IMG/VR virus record: IMGVR_UViG_3300047554_000738
Location: 1 to 55,683 of that record
Strand: one strand, 5' to 3'
Origin: a virus
Taxonomy: Duplodnaviria > Caudoviricetes
Length of the DNA: 55,683 bases
Shown: positions 7,346 through 15,084 of the stretch, one piece after another
How the letters are laid out: each line of letters starts with the position of its first letter
How positions within the stretch are numbered: position 1 is the stretch's first letter
Notes under the pieces: generated by a model
Databases searched by the model: none
What the model was told of the DNA's origin: nothing
What the model saw: only the letters and a program-made list of their open reading frames with translations
Program-made: the position numbers and the translations under genes

Positions 7346-7382
7346 AGAAATAATAGATTTTATTAACAAATTTAAGGATTAA
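7332..7382 (+). pseudogene. 16-codon stub duplicating the start of the 7058 unit
   Basis: ATGACAAAGGATGAAGAAATAAT (MTKDEEI) vs ATGACAAAGAATGAAGAGATAAT (MTKNEEI). Confidence 0.45.
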
Positions 7383-7385
7383 GAA

Positions 7386-7571
7386 ATGGGTTTTTTATCA
7401 GACATGATAAGCGGGGCGATTAAAACAGTGATGATACCTTTTGCTGTTATTGACGATACAATAAATATTACATCAGGAGAGGACACAAACTCAACGCCTG
7501 AGTTATTGGAAAGTATAGCAGAAGATGCAACTGACGCTATTGATGATTTTTTCGATGGTGATTTATTGTAA
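7386..7571 (+). CDS. Small acidic phage protein (61 aa)
   Basis: AAGGA RBS; amphipathic N-terminus and very acidic C-terminus. Confidence 0.75.
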   Translation: MGFLSDMISGAIKTVMIPFAVIDDTINITSGEDTNSTPELLESIAEDATDAIDDFFDGDLL

Positions 7572-7592
7572 CAAACTTAAGGAGCAAAGACC

Positions 7593-7859
7593 ATGACACC
7601 GAAGATTGATAGAATAAAACAACGGATTGAATTTGTTATTTCCGCCCACGATTGTGGTAATGATGACGATTTTGCCTTCGAGAGCAAACATACATTAGAA
7701 TTACTTGACGAACTCCGCCCCCACCTCCGCACCGAGAGAGATGAGTTGAATGAGAAAATAGTCAAATTGCTAATTAATTACAGGGAATCAGCGAACCCAA
7801 ATATGTCGGTTGGTAGTGAATTATTAGAATTACTCAAACAATTACAGGAGCTAAAATGA
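7593..7859 (+). CDS. Hypothetical protein, paralog of 7058-7345 unit
   Basis: Shared HLRTERDEL and LLKQLQE. Confidence 0.75.
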   Translation: MTPKIDRIKQRIEFVISAHDCGNDDDFAFESKHTLELLDELRPHLRTERDELNEKIVKLLINYRESANPNMSVGSELLELLKQLQELK

Positions 7860-8134
7860 ACCTATCTGAAAAATTAGCCAGAGCAATCTGGTGCAATTAC
7901 AAGATGCTTGATACTATGAACTTCGGGATAACAAGTCAAGAGGAAATCCAATATCGAACATATTCCATGCAAACAATCTTAGACCGTTGCAAAGAACTTA
8001 CAGCGGATAATGTCTATGATGAATTTATGAAATATCATATAGCAGACTGGTCTTCGGTTGATGCTGTTTTGCCGAAAGAAAGTCAACTATCAATATTGCA
8101 CACAATTCGAGAGGTATTGAATGAAAACACTTGA
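7856..8134 (+). CDS. Hypothetical protein (92 aa)
   Basis: ATGA overlap, GGAG RBS. Confidence 0.7.
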   Translation: MNLSEKLARAIWCNYKMLDTMNFGITSQEEIQYRTYSMQTILDRCKELTADNVYDEFMKYHIADWSSVDAVLPKESQLSILHTIREVLNENT

Positions 8135-8339
8135 AGAGCAAAGAAAAATTGAGTTAGCTGAATTTTGTTTGGCAAACTACAAAGAGTCAGTTTCGACTGG
8201 TCATATTGTTATCGAGAATGCTAATGTTTTCAAAATATTAGTCATGCAATGCGAAGACAAAACATGGCTTGAACCGAACTACAAAGAAGAACGATTTACA
8301 GAACAATATGAGGGTTTCCACGATGAAGATTATAAATAA
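8121..8339 (+). CDS. Hypothetical protein (72 aa)
   Basis: GAGGT RBS. Confidence 0.7.
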   Translation: MKTLEEQRKIELAEFCLANYKESVSTGHIVIENANVFKILVMQCEDKTWLEPNYKEERFTEQYEGFHDEDYK

Positions 8340-8430
8340 AATAAGCGACTGTGGTATTTATACCATTGGTGGAATTGTTTTAGCAATATTAATTGGATTT
8401 GCTATTTATTGTCTATTGGAGTTGAAATGA
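8323..8430 (+). CDS. Small single-TM protein (35 aa, not in ORF track)
   Basis: MKIINKISDCGIYTIGGIVLAILIGFAIYCLLELK; fills the gap and ends in a family B junction (LELK, ATGA overlap). Confidence 0.6.
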   Translation: MKIINKISDCGIYTIGGIVLAILIGFAIYCLLELK

Positions 8431-8711
8431 CAGATAAACCACAAGGATTATGGGAAATGAAACCGAAAACAGTTGTTGGCTATTATAAAGATGGTTATCG
8501 CTCTTATCTCTTAGGGGAAACCGATAAATACCATCCTAAATATGGTAAGTGTGTAAAGATACTTTATGAAGGAACGAGACCAAGAGATTTTGTTTTGATT
8601 ATATTCGAAACAGGCAAAGTATTAAAAATCTTCTGCCCTGATAGAGTTGAATATGAATATGATGAAGAAATTAAGAAATCTTACATAAGAGATGGAGATA
8701 TCGTATTATGA
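8427..8711 (+). CDS. Hypothetical protein
   Basis: ATG 8427 with GGAG RBS. Confidence 0.7.
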   Translation: MTDKPQGLWEMKPKTVVGYYKDGYRSYLLGETDKYHPKYGKCVKILYEGTRPRDFVLIIFETGKVLKIFCPDRVEYEYDEEIKKSYIRDGDIVL

Positions 8712-8902
8712 GACTATCAAGAAAGAAATGTGAAGATTATCTCAATTGGCTTGGTGAGGGAAAAGAAGAAAAGTATATCATAGGAGGTAAAATGAGGTGG
8801 TCTTTGTATGCAAAGAAGAAATATGGGACTTGTCTTAGAAGGCATGACCCAATAGCGTTTGAAGTTTATTATTGTTATTGGAGAGGAGAACATGGAGGAT
8901 GA
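8708..8902 (+). CDS. Hypothetical protein (64 aa)
   Basis: ATGA overlap; YGTCLRRHDPIAFEV motif typical of small phage proteins. Confidence 0.7.
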   Translation: MRLSRKKCEDYLNWLGEGKEEKYIIGGKMRWSLYAKKKYGTCLRRHDPIAFEVYYCYWRGEHGG

Positions 8903-9404
8903 CTATTATAGCCCTGGAAAATGGCTTTACAATGGCAAACAATATCCTACGAGAGAAATGATGAAAGCTGATATGAAGCGAGATGAAGAAGAAGGGAAAC
9001 CGAATCCTTTAATCAGAGCTCAGGAAATAGCAGATGATATGCACCAAAGAGATTGGGATGATATGTTTGGTGCTATGAAGCGTGATGCAGAATGGCTCAA
9101 AAAAAAAGACGAAGAGAATCTACTCAGGTCACAGGATAAAGAATCCCCACGTAAAATGGCAGGAGTGCAGGAGTTTATAAAAGAACAAGCAGAAGCTGAT
9201 TGGGACAGAGTGTATCATCATCTAATCCCAGAGACAGATAAAGCTTCATTTATTCAATTTCTAACGGAATTAAAATGGCAAAAAGCAAAAGGTCAGGAGT
9301 TGCACAAGGCAAGTACCTGGAAAAGCGAACTGAAAAGTGGTTGGAACAAAATGGCTGGTTGGTGCATACAGTGCATTCGCCACCTGCAATTCAAAGAACC
9401 ATAG
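8892..9404 (+). CDS. Hypothetical protein
   Basis: ATG 8892 with GAGGAG RBS; 3' end overlaps the resolvase gene by 130 nt. Confidence 0.7.
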   Translation: MEDDYYSPGKWLYNGKQYPTREMMKADMKRDEEEGKPNPLIRAQEIADDMHQRDWDDMFGAMKRDAEWLKKKDEENLLRSQDKESPRKMAGVQEFIKEQAEADWDRVYHHLIPETDKASFIQFLTELKWQKAKGQELHKASTWKSELKSGWNKMAGWCIQCIRHLQFKEP

Positions 9405-9760
9405 GAGATAAGACATTCTTCATGGCAAGTAGCAATCAGGACTTGTTCGGACTGTGGGACCATATAGCAGTCTTAAAACCAAGAGACAAATGGGCACAAT
9501 TAATGGGAGAAGAAGAAAATGTATTGACAATGATGATACTTGAAGATGTCCCAACATTTGGAGCATTGACATTAGAAGAGAAAGCAATACAGAAATGTGA
9601 CAATTACCCATATGTTATCTTTATCCAAACTAAGTCATCTAAACAGTATGGTAAACAACTCGACAAGTACAAGGATTTCCCTTACAAGTATTGTTATATA
9701 TTTGTCTGGGAGAAGAATAAGAGTAACAGATATGAATTAACTATACAGAGGTGTAAATGA
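9275..9760 (+). CDS. Holliday junction resolvase-like PD-(D/E)XK nuclease (Hjc-type)
   Basis: GKYLEK...LEQNGWLV...DLFGLWDHIAV...IFIQTKS pattern. Confidence 0.75.
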   Translation: MAKSKRSGVAQGKYLEKRTEKWLEQNGWLVHTVHSPPAIQRTIGDKTFFMASSNQDLFGLWDHIAVLKPRDKWAQLMGEEENVLTMMILEDVPTFGALTLEEKAIQKCDNYPYVIFIQTKSSKQYGKQLDKYKDFPYKYCYIFVWEKNKSNRYELTIQRCK

Positions 9761-10566
9761 AAGAAAATATTTTATTAACGACATTGTTACAGTCAAAGAG
9801 ATTCGTTAAAGAGAATTCTCCAGTAACATTCCCAGCTCCGGCTGAAATTTTAACTCCGTTCATTACGGCTATTGAACCTTTACCAATTGAAGGGCAATGG
9901 CATGTCCAAGTTCAAAATCCGGTAGTGAACATGAATGTAGATGGCAGTGAGAATATTGCTTATCCAAGGATGCTTATAGAGAAACGGTTTAAAATTGTTG
10001 AATCAGAAGAGAACCCATTCAATTTAAACAATACGTTCACTATAGGATTACTTTGTGCCTTAGACATACAAAACCCTTCCTTGAAGTTATATCAGGGCAT
10101 AGTGGCTTCCGCATGCACTAATTTGAGTATCTTCAGAGCAGAGGACATACGTAGTATCAATTTGCTTGGAGATTTTGAATCTGTCCCAAGACTGACAGAA
10201 GAATTTGCTAATAAAATGGCAAATACTGTTTCCGTTTACAAGGATATAAACGACATGCTCGAAACGACAGAATTGGATGATGGATATCTCGTTGACCAAT
10301 TACTTGGCAGATTAATCAATACCGCAACAAGGAAGTCTAATCCTATCCCAACAAGTGCTATTATCAACGCTGCTAAATTGCTGCAAGACCGTAACAGTAA
10401 ATACTATTGGAATCAGAAAAAATCTTTGCCAATTGCTCAGGTATATCAGGCAGTGACACAAGGCATTACAGATTCACCTGAGATATTCTCAAAACCGGAA
10501 AAGACTTTGGCTGTTTCGAAAGCAATTTATGATTGGGGGATAGGACATGTCATTAATCACAACTAA
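9757..10566 (+). CDS. DUF932/DUF3871-like protein
   Basis: LKLYQGIVASACTNLSIF core motif; position beside Rad52-like gene. Confidence 0.6.
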   Translation: MKENILLTTLLQSKRFVKENSPVTFPAPAEILTPFITAIEPLPIEGQWHVQVQNPVVNMNVDGSENIAYPRMLIEKRFKIVESEENPFNLNNTFTIGLLCALDIQNPSLKLYQGIVASACTNLSIFRAEDIRSINLLGDFESVPRLTEEFANKMANTVSVYKDINDMLETTELDDGYLVDQLLGRLINTATRKSNPIPTSAIINAAKLLQDRNSKYYWNQKKSLPIAQVYQAVTQGITDSPEIFSKPEKTLAVSKAIYDWGIGHVINHN

Positions 10567-11218
10567 AGAAATGTCTGGAATTCCTCAAGAAGTGATTGAC
10601 AAAATTCTTGGTGCAGTCAAAGAGAAAAATCTTCGTATGCGTTCTGCTAAAACCAATAAGAAAGATGTTAAAACTCGTGAAGGCAAGAAGAAGAAAGTTG
10701 GAGATGTGTGGGTCCCGATGGTGTTCAAATATGTCAGTTGGGGGACTGCCGCAAAGCAACTTGATATCCACTATCCAGGGTGGAGTTGGGAGATTATCCC
10801 CGGCTCTTTCCAGTCTTATGGTGGCTATATCAATTGTCTTGGTAAATTGACAGTTATCGAGAGTGGTCGCTTCCAAAGAGTCATTACAGAGCCGGGCAGC
10901 ATGGAAATCAGACTTAAACAGGAATCAAATGAACCGGTTGTGTTGGATTATTACAAAGCTGCCGCTTCAGATGCTTTCAAAAGATGTTGTGCAAGGTTAG
11001 GTTTCTTTAATGACCTGTACCAAGAAGATAGCTTTGATAGTAGTGAAGTTGCCGATGAAACTGAAATTAATCGTTTCTATGAAGAAATTTTACCAGAATT
11101 GATTAATTTAGTAAGAAGCGAAGGTAAATTTAAAGCAAAACATTTGTTCAATGTAATTAATAAGTTCGTCACCGGAGAGTTAAAGGTTGACGAGATTAAA
11201 AATATTTATGGAGTGTAA
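10547..11218 (+). CDS. Rad52/Rad22-family single-strand annealing protein (Sak-like)
   Basis: FKYVSW...LDIHYPGWSWEI...YKAAASDAFKRCCARLGFFNDLY. Confidence 0.85.
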   Translation: MSLITTKEMSGIPQEVIDKILGAVKEKNLRMRSAKTNKKDVKTREGKKKKVGDVWVPMVFKYVSWGTAAKQLDIHYPGWSWEIIPGSFQSYGGYINCLGKLTVIESGRFQRVITEPGSMEIRLKQESNEPVVLDYYKAAASDAFKRCCARLGFFNDLYQEDSFDSSEVADETEINRFYEEILPELINLVRSEGKFKAKHLFNVINKFVTGELKVDEIKNIYGV

Positions 11219-11220
11219 TA

Positions 11221-12225
11221 ATGGCAGTACCACAATTTAGCAAAGAGCGGAGTTTCCGCAAGAAAGAAGATTTGAAAACAGGCGAGAGAGTAGATGTGAT
11301 TATTCTCGGTTATGACTACCCGGCTGATTATTTAATAGCTTTGGCAGAAGCTAATAAAAAGTCTGAAGAGAAAGCTAATGAATTAGGGATTGATTTCAGT
11401 CCTAAGAAACCTTCCTTTAAGGAAAGTGGCATTTCTTGGCATTTAGCTGTTTTGAGACGAGCAGGTATGGATGCAGAACCAAAAGAAATGGTCTTTAAAT
11501 CAGGGGAAACAAGTATGATTGCACCTGACTATCCTGCTGTGTGTTGGTTTGATGTTCTTGCTCCGTCTGTGCACAAAACGAAGAAGGTGGGGAAGAATGG
11601 TTTTCTGATTGGGGATATGATGCGTGAAGGTGGTGGTGATTTTATTGGGAGAAATAAAAACAAACCGGCTATTATTGATTTATTCCCTGAAGCCAATTAT
11701 TCTTCCGACCCAAATAAAGAAGTTCCAAGAGCCAAGAAAAGAAGATTCCATGAACTATCTGATGCTGAGATTGAGAGATATACCGAATGGAATAAGATTG
11801 AGAGAAAACGATTGAGTGATTGGGATAAATTACTTGATTGGTGGAATAAACTTTCAGAAGAAGAAGCGTTCGAAAATCTACTCGAATATAGTGCAAGACG
11901 CTTGTTCTTGTTTGATAAACAAGCTATGGAAAACAGTGAAATCAAATATTTAACTCCGGTTAAAGGCATGATATTCAGAGGAGCTATTGAGAGATATAAA
12001 GAAGAAAGTCCTTTCATCAATATTGTAGCTTTCAGTAGATGGCAGCAAGAACAGGAAACAGGAGCATGGACAAGAACAATTTACTCTACCGGTGGGACAT
12101 TAAACGATTATGGTGAAACTATTGCAGAGAGCGTTTTAAACTGCTTGACAGTTAAGACACTTGACCAACAGGAAGATACGGAAGATGAGGAATCCCCTTT
12201 CGTTGATGATAAACCAAAATTCTAA
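11221..12225 (+). CDS. Putative single-stranded DNA-binding protein
   Basis: Between recombinase and helicase; acidic tail ending EDEESPFVDDKPKF. Confidence 0.45.
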   Translation: MAVPQFSKERSFRKKEDLKTGERVDVIILGYDYPADYLIALAEANKKSEEKANELGIDFSPKKPSFKESGISWHLAVLRRAGMDAEPKEMVFKSGETSMIAPDYPAVCWFDVLAPSVHKTKKVGKNGFLIGDMMREGGGDFIGRNKNKPAIIDLFPEANYSSDPNKEVPRAKKRRFHELSDAEIERYTEWNKIERKRLSDWDKLLDWWNKLSEEEAFENLLEYSARRLFLFDKQAMENSEIKYLTPVKGMIFRGAIERYKEESPFINIVAFSRWQQEQETGAWTRTIYSTGGTLNDYGETIAESVLNCLTVKTLDQQEDTEDEESPFVDDKPKF

Positions 12226-12233
12226 GGTAGGCA

Positions 12234-13658
12234 ATGAATGATGAGGTACGTAAATTATATGATGATGCAAGTTCAAATTTGCACACGTACGATGATATCG
12301 AAACTTCTTTTATTGCTGCTATAATGTTGAATACTGAATTCTTGAATAGAGTTTCAGGTGATATTGTTATAAGGGAATCATTCCTTTATTTACTGGATAT
12401 GGCAAAAAGTGCTAATGTGAAAAGTATTCCAAGACCTTATGTGTTAAGCAAGGCAGTTGATAATAAACTACCAATACCTAAATACGAGATAGATGCAGTC
12501 TATCAAAGAGTTGAGGAATTTAAACTGATTAGTAACGAAAGTCTTGCTGATGAGTTCATGTCAGCACTATTTTTGCTTAATGAAAGACAGGAACGTAATG
12601 ATATTGGCATGGAGTTATCTTATGCTATGGACTTACTCAAAAGAGGGAAAGTCAAAGAGTGTATCGCTCATGTCAAAACATTACCGTTCCGGAATACCAA
12701 AGCATTGAAAAATACTAAGGACTTAATGGTGGAAGCAGTTGATAAGACTAATGGATTTAAAACAGGTATTAAAACTATTGACAATACTTATGGTGGATTA
12801 TTGAGAGCTAACATGATGTCTCTATTCGGAGATAGTGGAGCTCAAAAGACAAGATTCAGTATATGGTTTTGTTTAAGTATTCTGTTAGAAAATCCTGACT
12901 TCACTTGTCTATATTTCGAAAAGGAAATGTTAGAGAAGGATATCGCTTCTTATATAACTCAACATTTAGTCGAGATATCAATGGATGAAATACTACGTAT
13001 GTGTTTGGACGAGGATGAACGGAGGAGGAACGACCTTAAGAAAACTATTCAGGTAGCTATGGAAACAGATGATGCTTTAGTAAATGCTATAAACCGGTTA
13101 CATGTAGTACCATTGACAAGCTTCTATACGGCAACAGATATCTATGAATGGGTTGAAAGCAGGAAACCTGATATTTGGTGTTTAGATTATCTAACTTTGT
13201 TGCGTGAGAAAAAGCAAGGCAGAGAAGAAAACCGTACAGAAGCAGTTGAACGTAGCTTGGGTGTGCTTAAAGAGTGCACCCTTACTACCAATAGTTTTGG
13301 TATTGTGTTAAGTCAGTTAAATAAAGGGACAGTAGAAGCGAGATATAATAAAATTCCTATCATTGATGATATGCCTTATGGTAATTCATTAAAACATTTC
13401 AGTGCTTATGTATGGGCATTGTTTAGTCCGAAGAAATATTATCCGAGAGGTTTGGTTTTAGATGATTTCTCAAACGAACCATCAGATTTCTACTTAGTGA
13501 ATCACAAAACAAGGCATAGTGATTTGCAGGATGTATATTTCAGAGCTAACCCGGCTCATCTCAAATATACTGAAATATTGGAATTGCCGGATGCTAAAGA
13601 TTATTACAGGATGTTACAATGGATGATAAGATACCAAAGGCCACCGTCAAAGAGATAG
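12234..13658 (+). CDS. DnaB-like (SF4) replicative helicase
   Basis: KTGIKTID..YGGL, Walker A GDSGAQKT, YFEKEM, Walker B IWCLDYL, VLSQLN, KTR. Confidence 0.9.
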   Translation: MNDEVRKLYDDASSNLHTYDDIETSFIAAIMLNTEFLNRVSGDIVIRESFLYLLDMAKSANVKSIPRPYVLSKAVDNKLPIPKYEIDAVYQRVEEFKLISNESLADEFMSALFLLNERQERNDIGMELSYAMDLLKRGKVKECIAHVKTLPFRNTKALKNTKDLMVEAVDKTNGFKTGIKTIDNTYGGLLRANMMSLFGDSGAQKTRFSIWFCLSILLENPDFTCLYFEKEMLEKDIASYITQHLVEISMDEILRMCLDEDERRRNDLKKTIQVAMETDDALVNAINRLHVVPLTSFYTATDIYEWVESRKPDIWCLDYLTLLREKKQGREENRTEAVERSLGVLKECTLTTNSFGIVLSQLNKGTVEARYNKIPIIDDMPYGNSLKHFSAYVWALFSPKKYYPRGLVLDDFSNEPSDFYLVNHKTRHSDLQDVYFRANPAHLKYTEILELPDAKDYYRMLQWMIRYQRPPSKR

Positions 13659-13834
13659 ACAACAAGGCATGTGGCAATAGCAATACATGTGATTTAACAT
13701 GTGCGAGGAAGGGGAGACAGAACAGTCCTCTTTGGTTCGGAGCCTGGATTGACGGCACGGCTAAGGAGGACTGTGAATTTAGGCAGTTGTTAAGAGATGA
13801 TAAATTATTACTTAAACTATTCGAGGATTTTTGA
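13619..13834 (+). CDS. Small Cys-containing hypothetical protein
   Basis: Four Cys; TGATG coupling to next gene. Confidence 0.6.
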   Translation: MDDKIPKATVKEIDNKACGNSNTCDLTCARKGRQNSPLWFGAWIDGTAKEDCEFRQLLRDDKLLLKLFEDF

Positions 13835-14709
13835 TGCAGATAACAAACAGATTTAATTTACCCGAATCATTTGTAGTAGCAGTAGAGAACTATTTCGGGG
13901 ACTACGATTTTGATGCTACAAGACTGAATGCAATAAGTGTTACAACTTTATTGAAACCACCAACTATCAGAAGATTATGGAACGAGCATTATGATGAACT
14001 CGTGATTGACGTAGCGGACTGTATTGATATGATAAGGGGAAGTGCCTTACATAACATACTCGAGCATGCAGCAAAGAACAATCACAATATTTTGACAGAA
14101 ATACGGCATGAAACTAAATTTAACGGTTACTATATTAGTGGGAAATTTGATGTTTACGATATAGCCAATAAGGAATTACTGGATTATAAGGATACAACGG
14201 TTTACAAGGTTAAATCAGGTGGCACAGGTGATATTGACCACCATAGACAATTGAATATTTTGAAATGGATATTACACAGGGAAACGGATATCAAAGTAGA
14301 AAAAATGACTTTATTCTATTTCCTCAAAGACTGGCAGAAAAATCAATATTTAAGGGACCAGGAGAATTATCCTGAACGGAAATGGACAATGATAAATGTT
14401 GAACCCATGGATATAGAATCGTTCATATCGGATAGGTTACAGTATCACTTTGTCAATCCACCGGAATATTGTTCAATGGAAGAAAGATGGGGCAATGATG
14501 AAGCATGGGCAGTATTGAATCAAAAAGGAACGAGAGCATTACCGGGTGGAGTATGTAAGACACAAGAAGAAGCGGAGGAATTGGCATCAAGGAAAGCAAA
14601 TGGTGGTATTGAATACAGACCGGCAGAAGATAAGAGATGTGAAAATTATTGCTCAGTCAAACAATTCTGCACGTATTGGCAAAGCAAGAAAGAAAAAGGT
14701 CAAGTATGA
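13834..14709 (+). CDS. PD-(D/E)XK exonuclease, Cas4/RecB-like with C-terminal Cys cluster
   Basis: ISVTTLL, RGSALHNILE, ISGKFD, DYKDT, QLNI, RCENYCSVKQFC. Confidence 0.85.
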   Translation: MQITNRFNLPESFVVAVENYFGDYDFDATRLNAISVTTLLKPPTIRRLWNEHYDELVIDVADCIDMIRGSALHNILEHAAKNNHNILTEIRHETKFNGYYISGKFDVYDIANKELLDYKDTTVYKVKSGGTGDIDHHRQLNILKWILHRETDIKVEKMTLFYFLKDWQKNQYLRDQENYPERKWTMINVEPMDIESFISDRLQYHFVNPPEYCSMEERWGNDEAWAVLNQKGTRALPGGVCKTQEEAEELASRKANGGIEYRPAEDKRCENYCSVKQFCTYWQSKKEKGQV

Positions 14710-14966
14710 ATTTAGCTGACATTATTGAGCAAATGTATTGTATTACAGGAAGAACAGACGTGCCTGATGAAGTTTTCGCAGTGATAAGAGAGAACTATAA
14801 CAGGCCATTAAGAAAGGATGAAGAAGAATGGTTAGAGAAATGGAAAGCGAAATCAGTAAGAGCTCAAAAATTGGAAGCAATAAAATTCATTGAAGGTTTA
14901 ATCAAGTTAGGTGGCGATATACAAGCAGAACAAGATAAGTTAAATTGGCAAAATAGAAAGAATTAG
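14706..14966 (+). CDS. Hypothetical protein (86 aa)
   Basis: ATGA overlap at 14706. Confidence 0.7.
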   Translation: MNLADIIEQMYCITGRTDVPDEVFAVIRENYNRPLRKDEEEWLEKWKAKSVRAQKLEAIKFIEGLIKLGGDIQAEQDKLNWQNRKN

Positions 14967-14991
14967 TGAAAAGATAAAGTGCTGTCTCTAT

Positions 14992-15030
14992 AATATAGTG
15001 TGGTTACCCAACCACGCTATATTTTTTTTT
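14992..15030 (+). terminator. Rho-independent terminator ending the early/replication block
   Basis: AATATAGTGTGGTT-ACCC-AACCACGCTATATT stem followed by T run. Confidence 0.9.
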
Positions 15031-15038
15031 GGTAAGTA

Positions 15039-15069
15039 TTGCAAGTTGTTTATATTTAGCATATATTTG
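15039..15069 (+). promoter_or_regulatory. Promoter of the structural operon
   Basis: TTGCAA-N17-TATATT; also matches Bacteroidota-type TTG-N20-TAnnTTTG (TATATTTG 15062-15069); GAGGAGG RBS follows. Confidence 0.7.
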
Positions 15070-15084
15070 TATTGAGGAGGGAGC

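Larger units (their letters stand above)
6463..8432 (+). repeat. Gene-junction repeat family B, consensus (CAATTACA)GGAGC(AAAGC/TAA)AATGACAAAG
   Basis: Copies at 6463, 6761, 6926, 7046, 7304, 7579, 7830 and 8416; exact 22-mer TTACTCAAACAATTACAGGAGC at 7304-7325 and 7830-7851. Confidence 0.8.

Noticed and set aside
4160-8432. Junction repeats as a CRISPR array or integron attC sites
   Set aside because: Spacing is gene-sized and irregular, repeats are non-palindromic RBS/start sequences, and no cas operon or integron integrase is present
9099-9107. A9 run as another recoding site (also A8 near 53032)
   Set aside because: The host ORFs read through in frame and no start-less long ORF opens at these runs
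13834-14709. Cas4-like nuclease as part of a CRISPR-Cas system
   Set aside because: Stand-alone gene in the replication block; no cas1/cas2 or array
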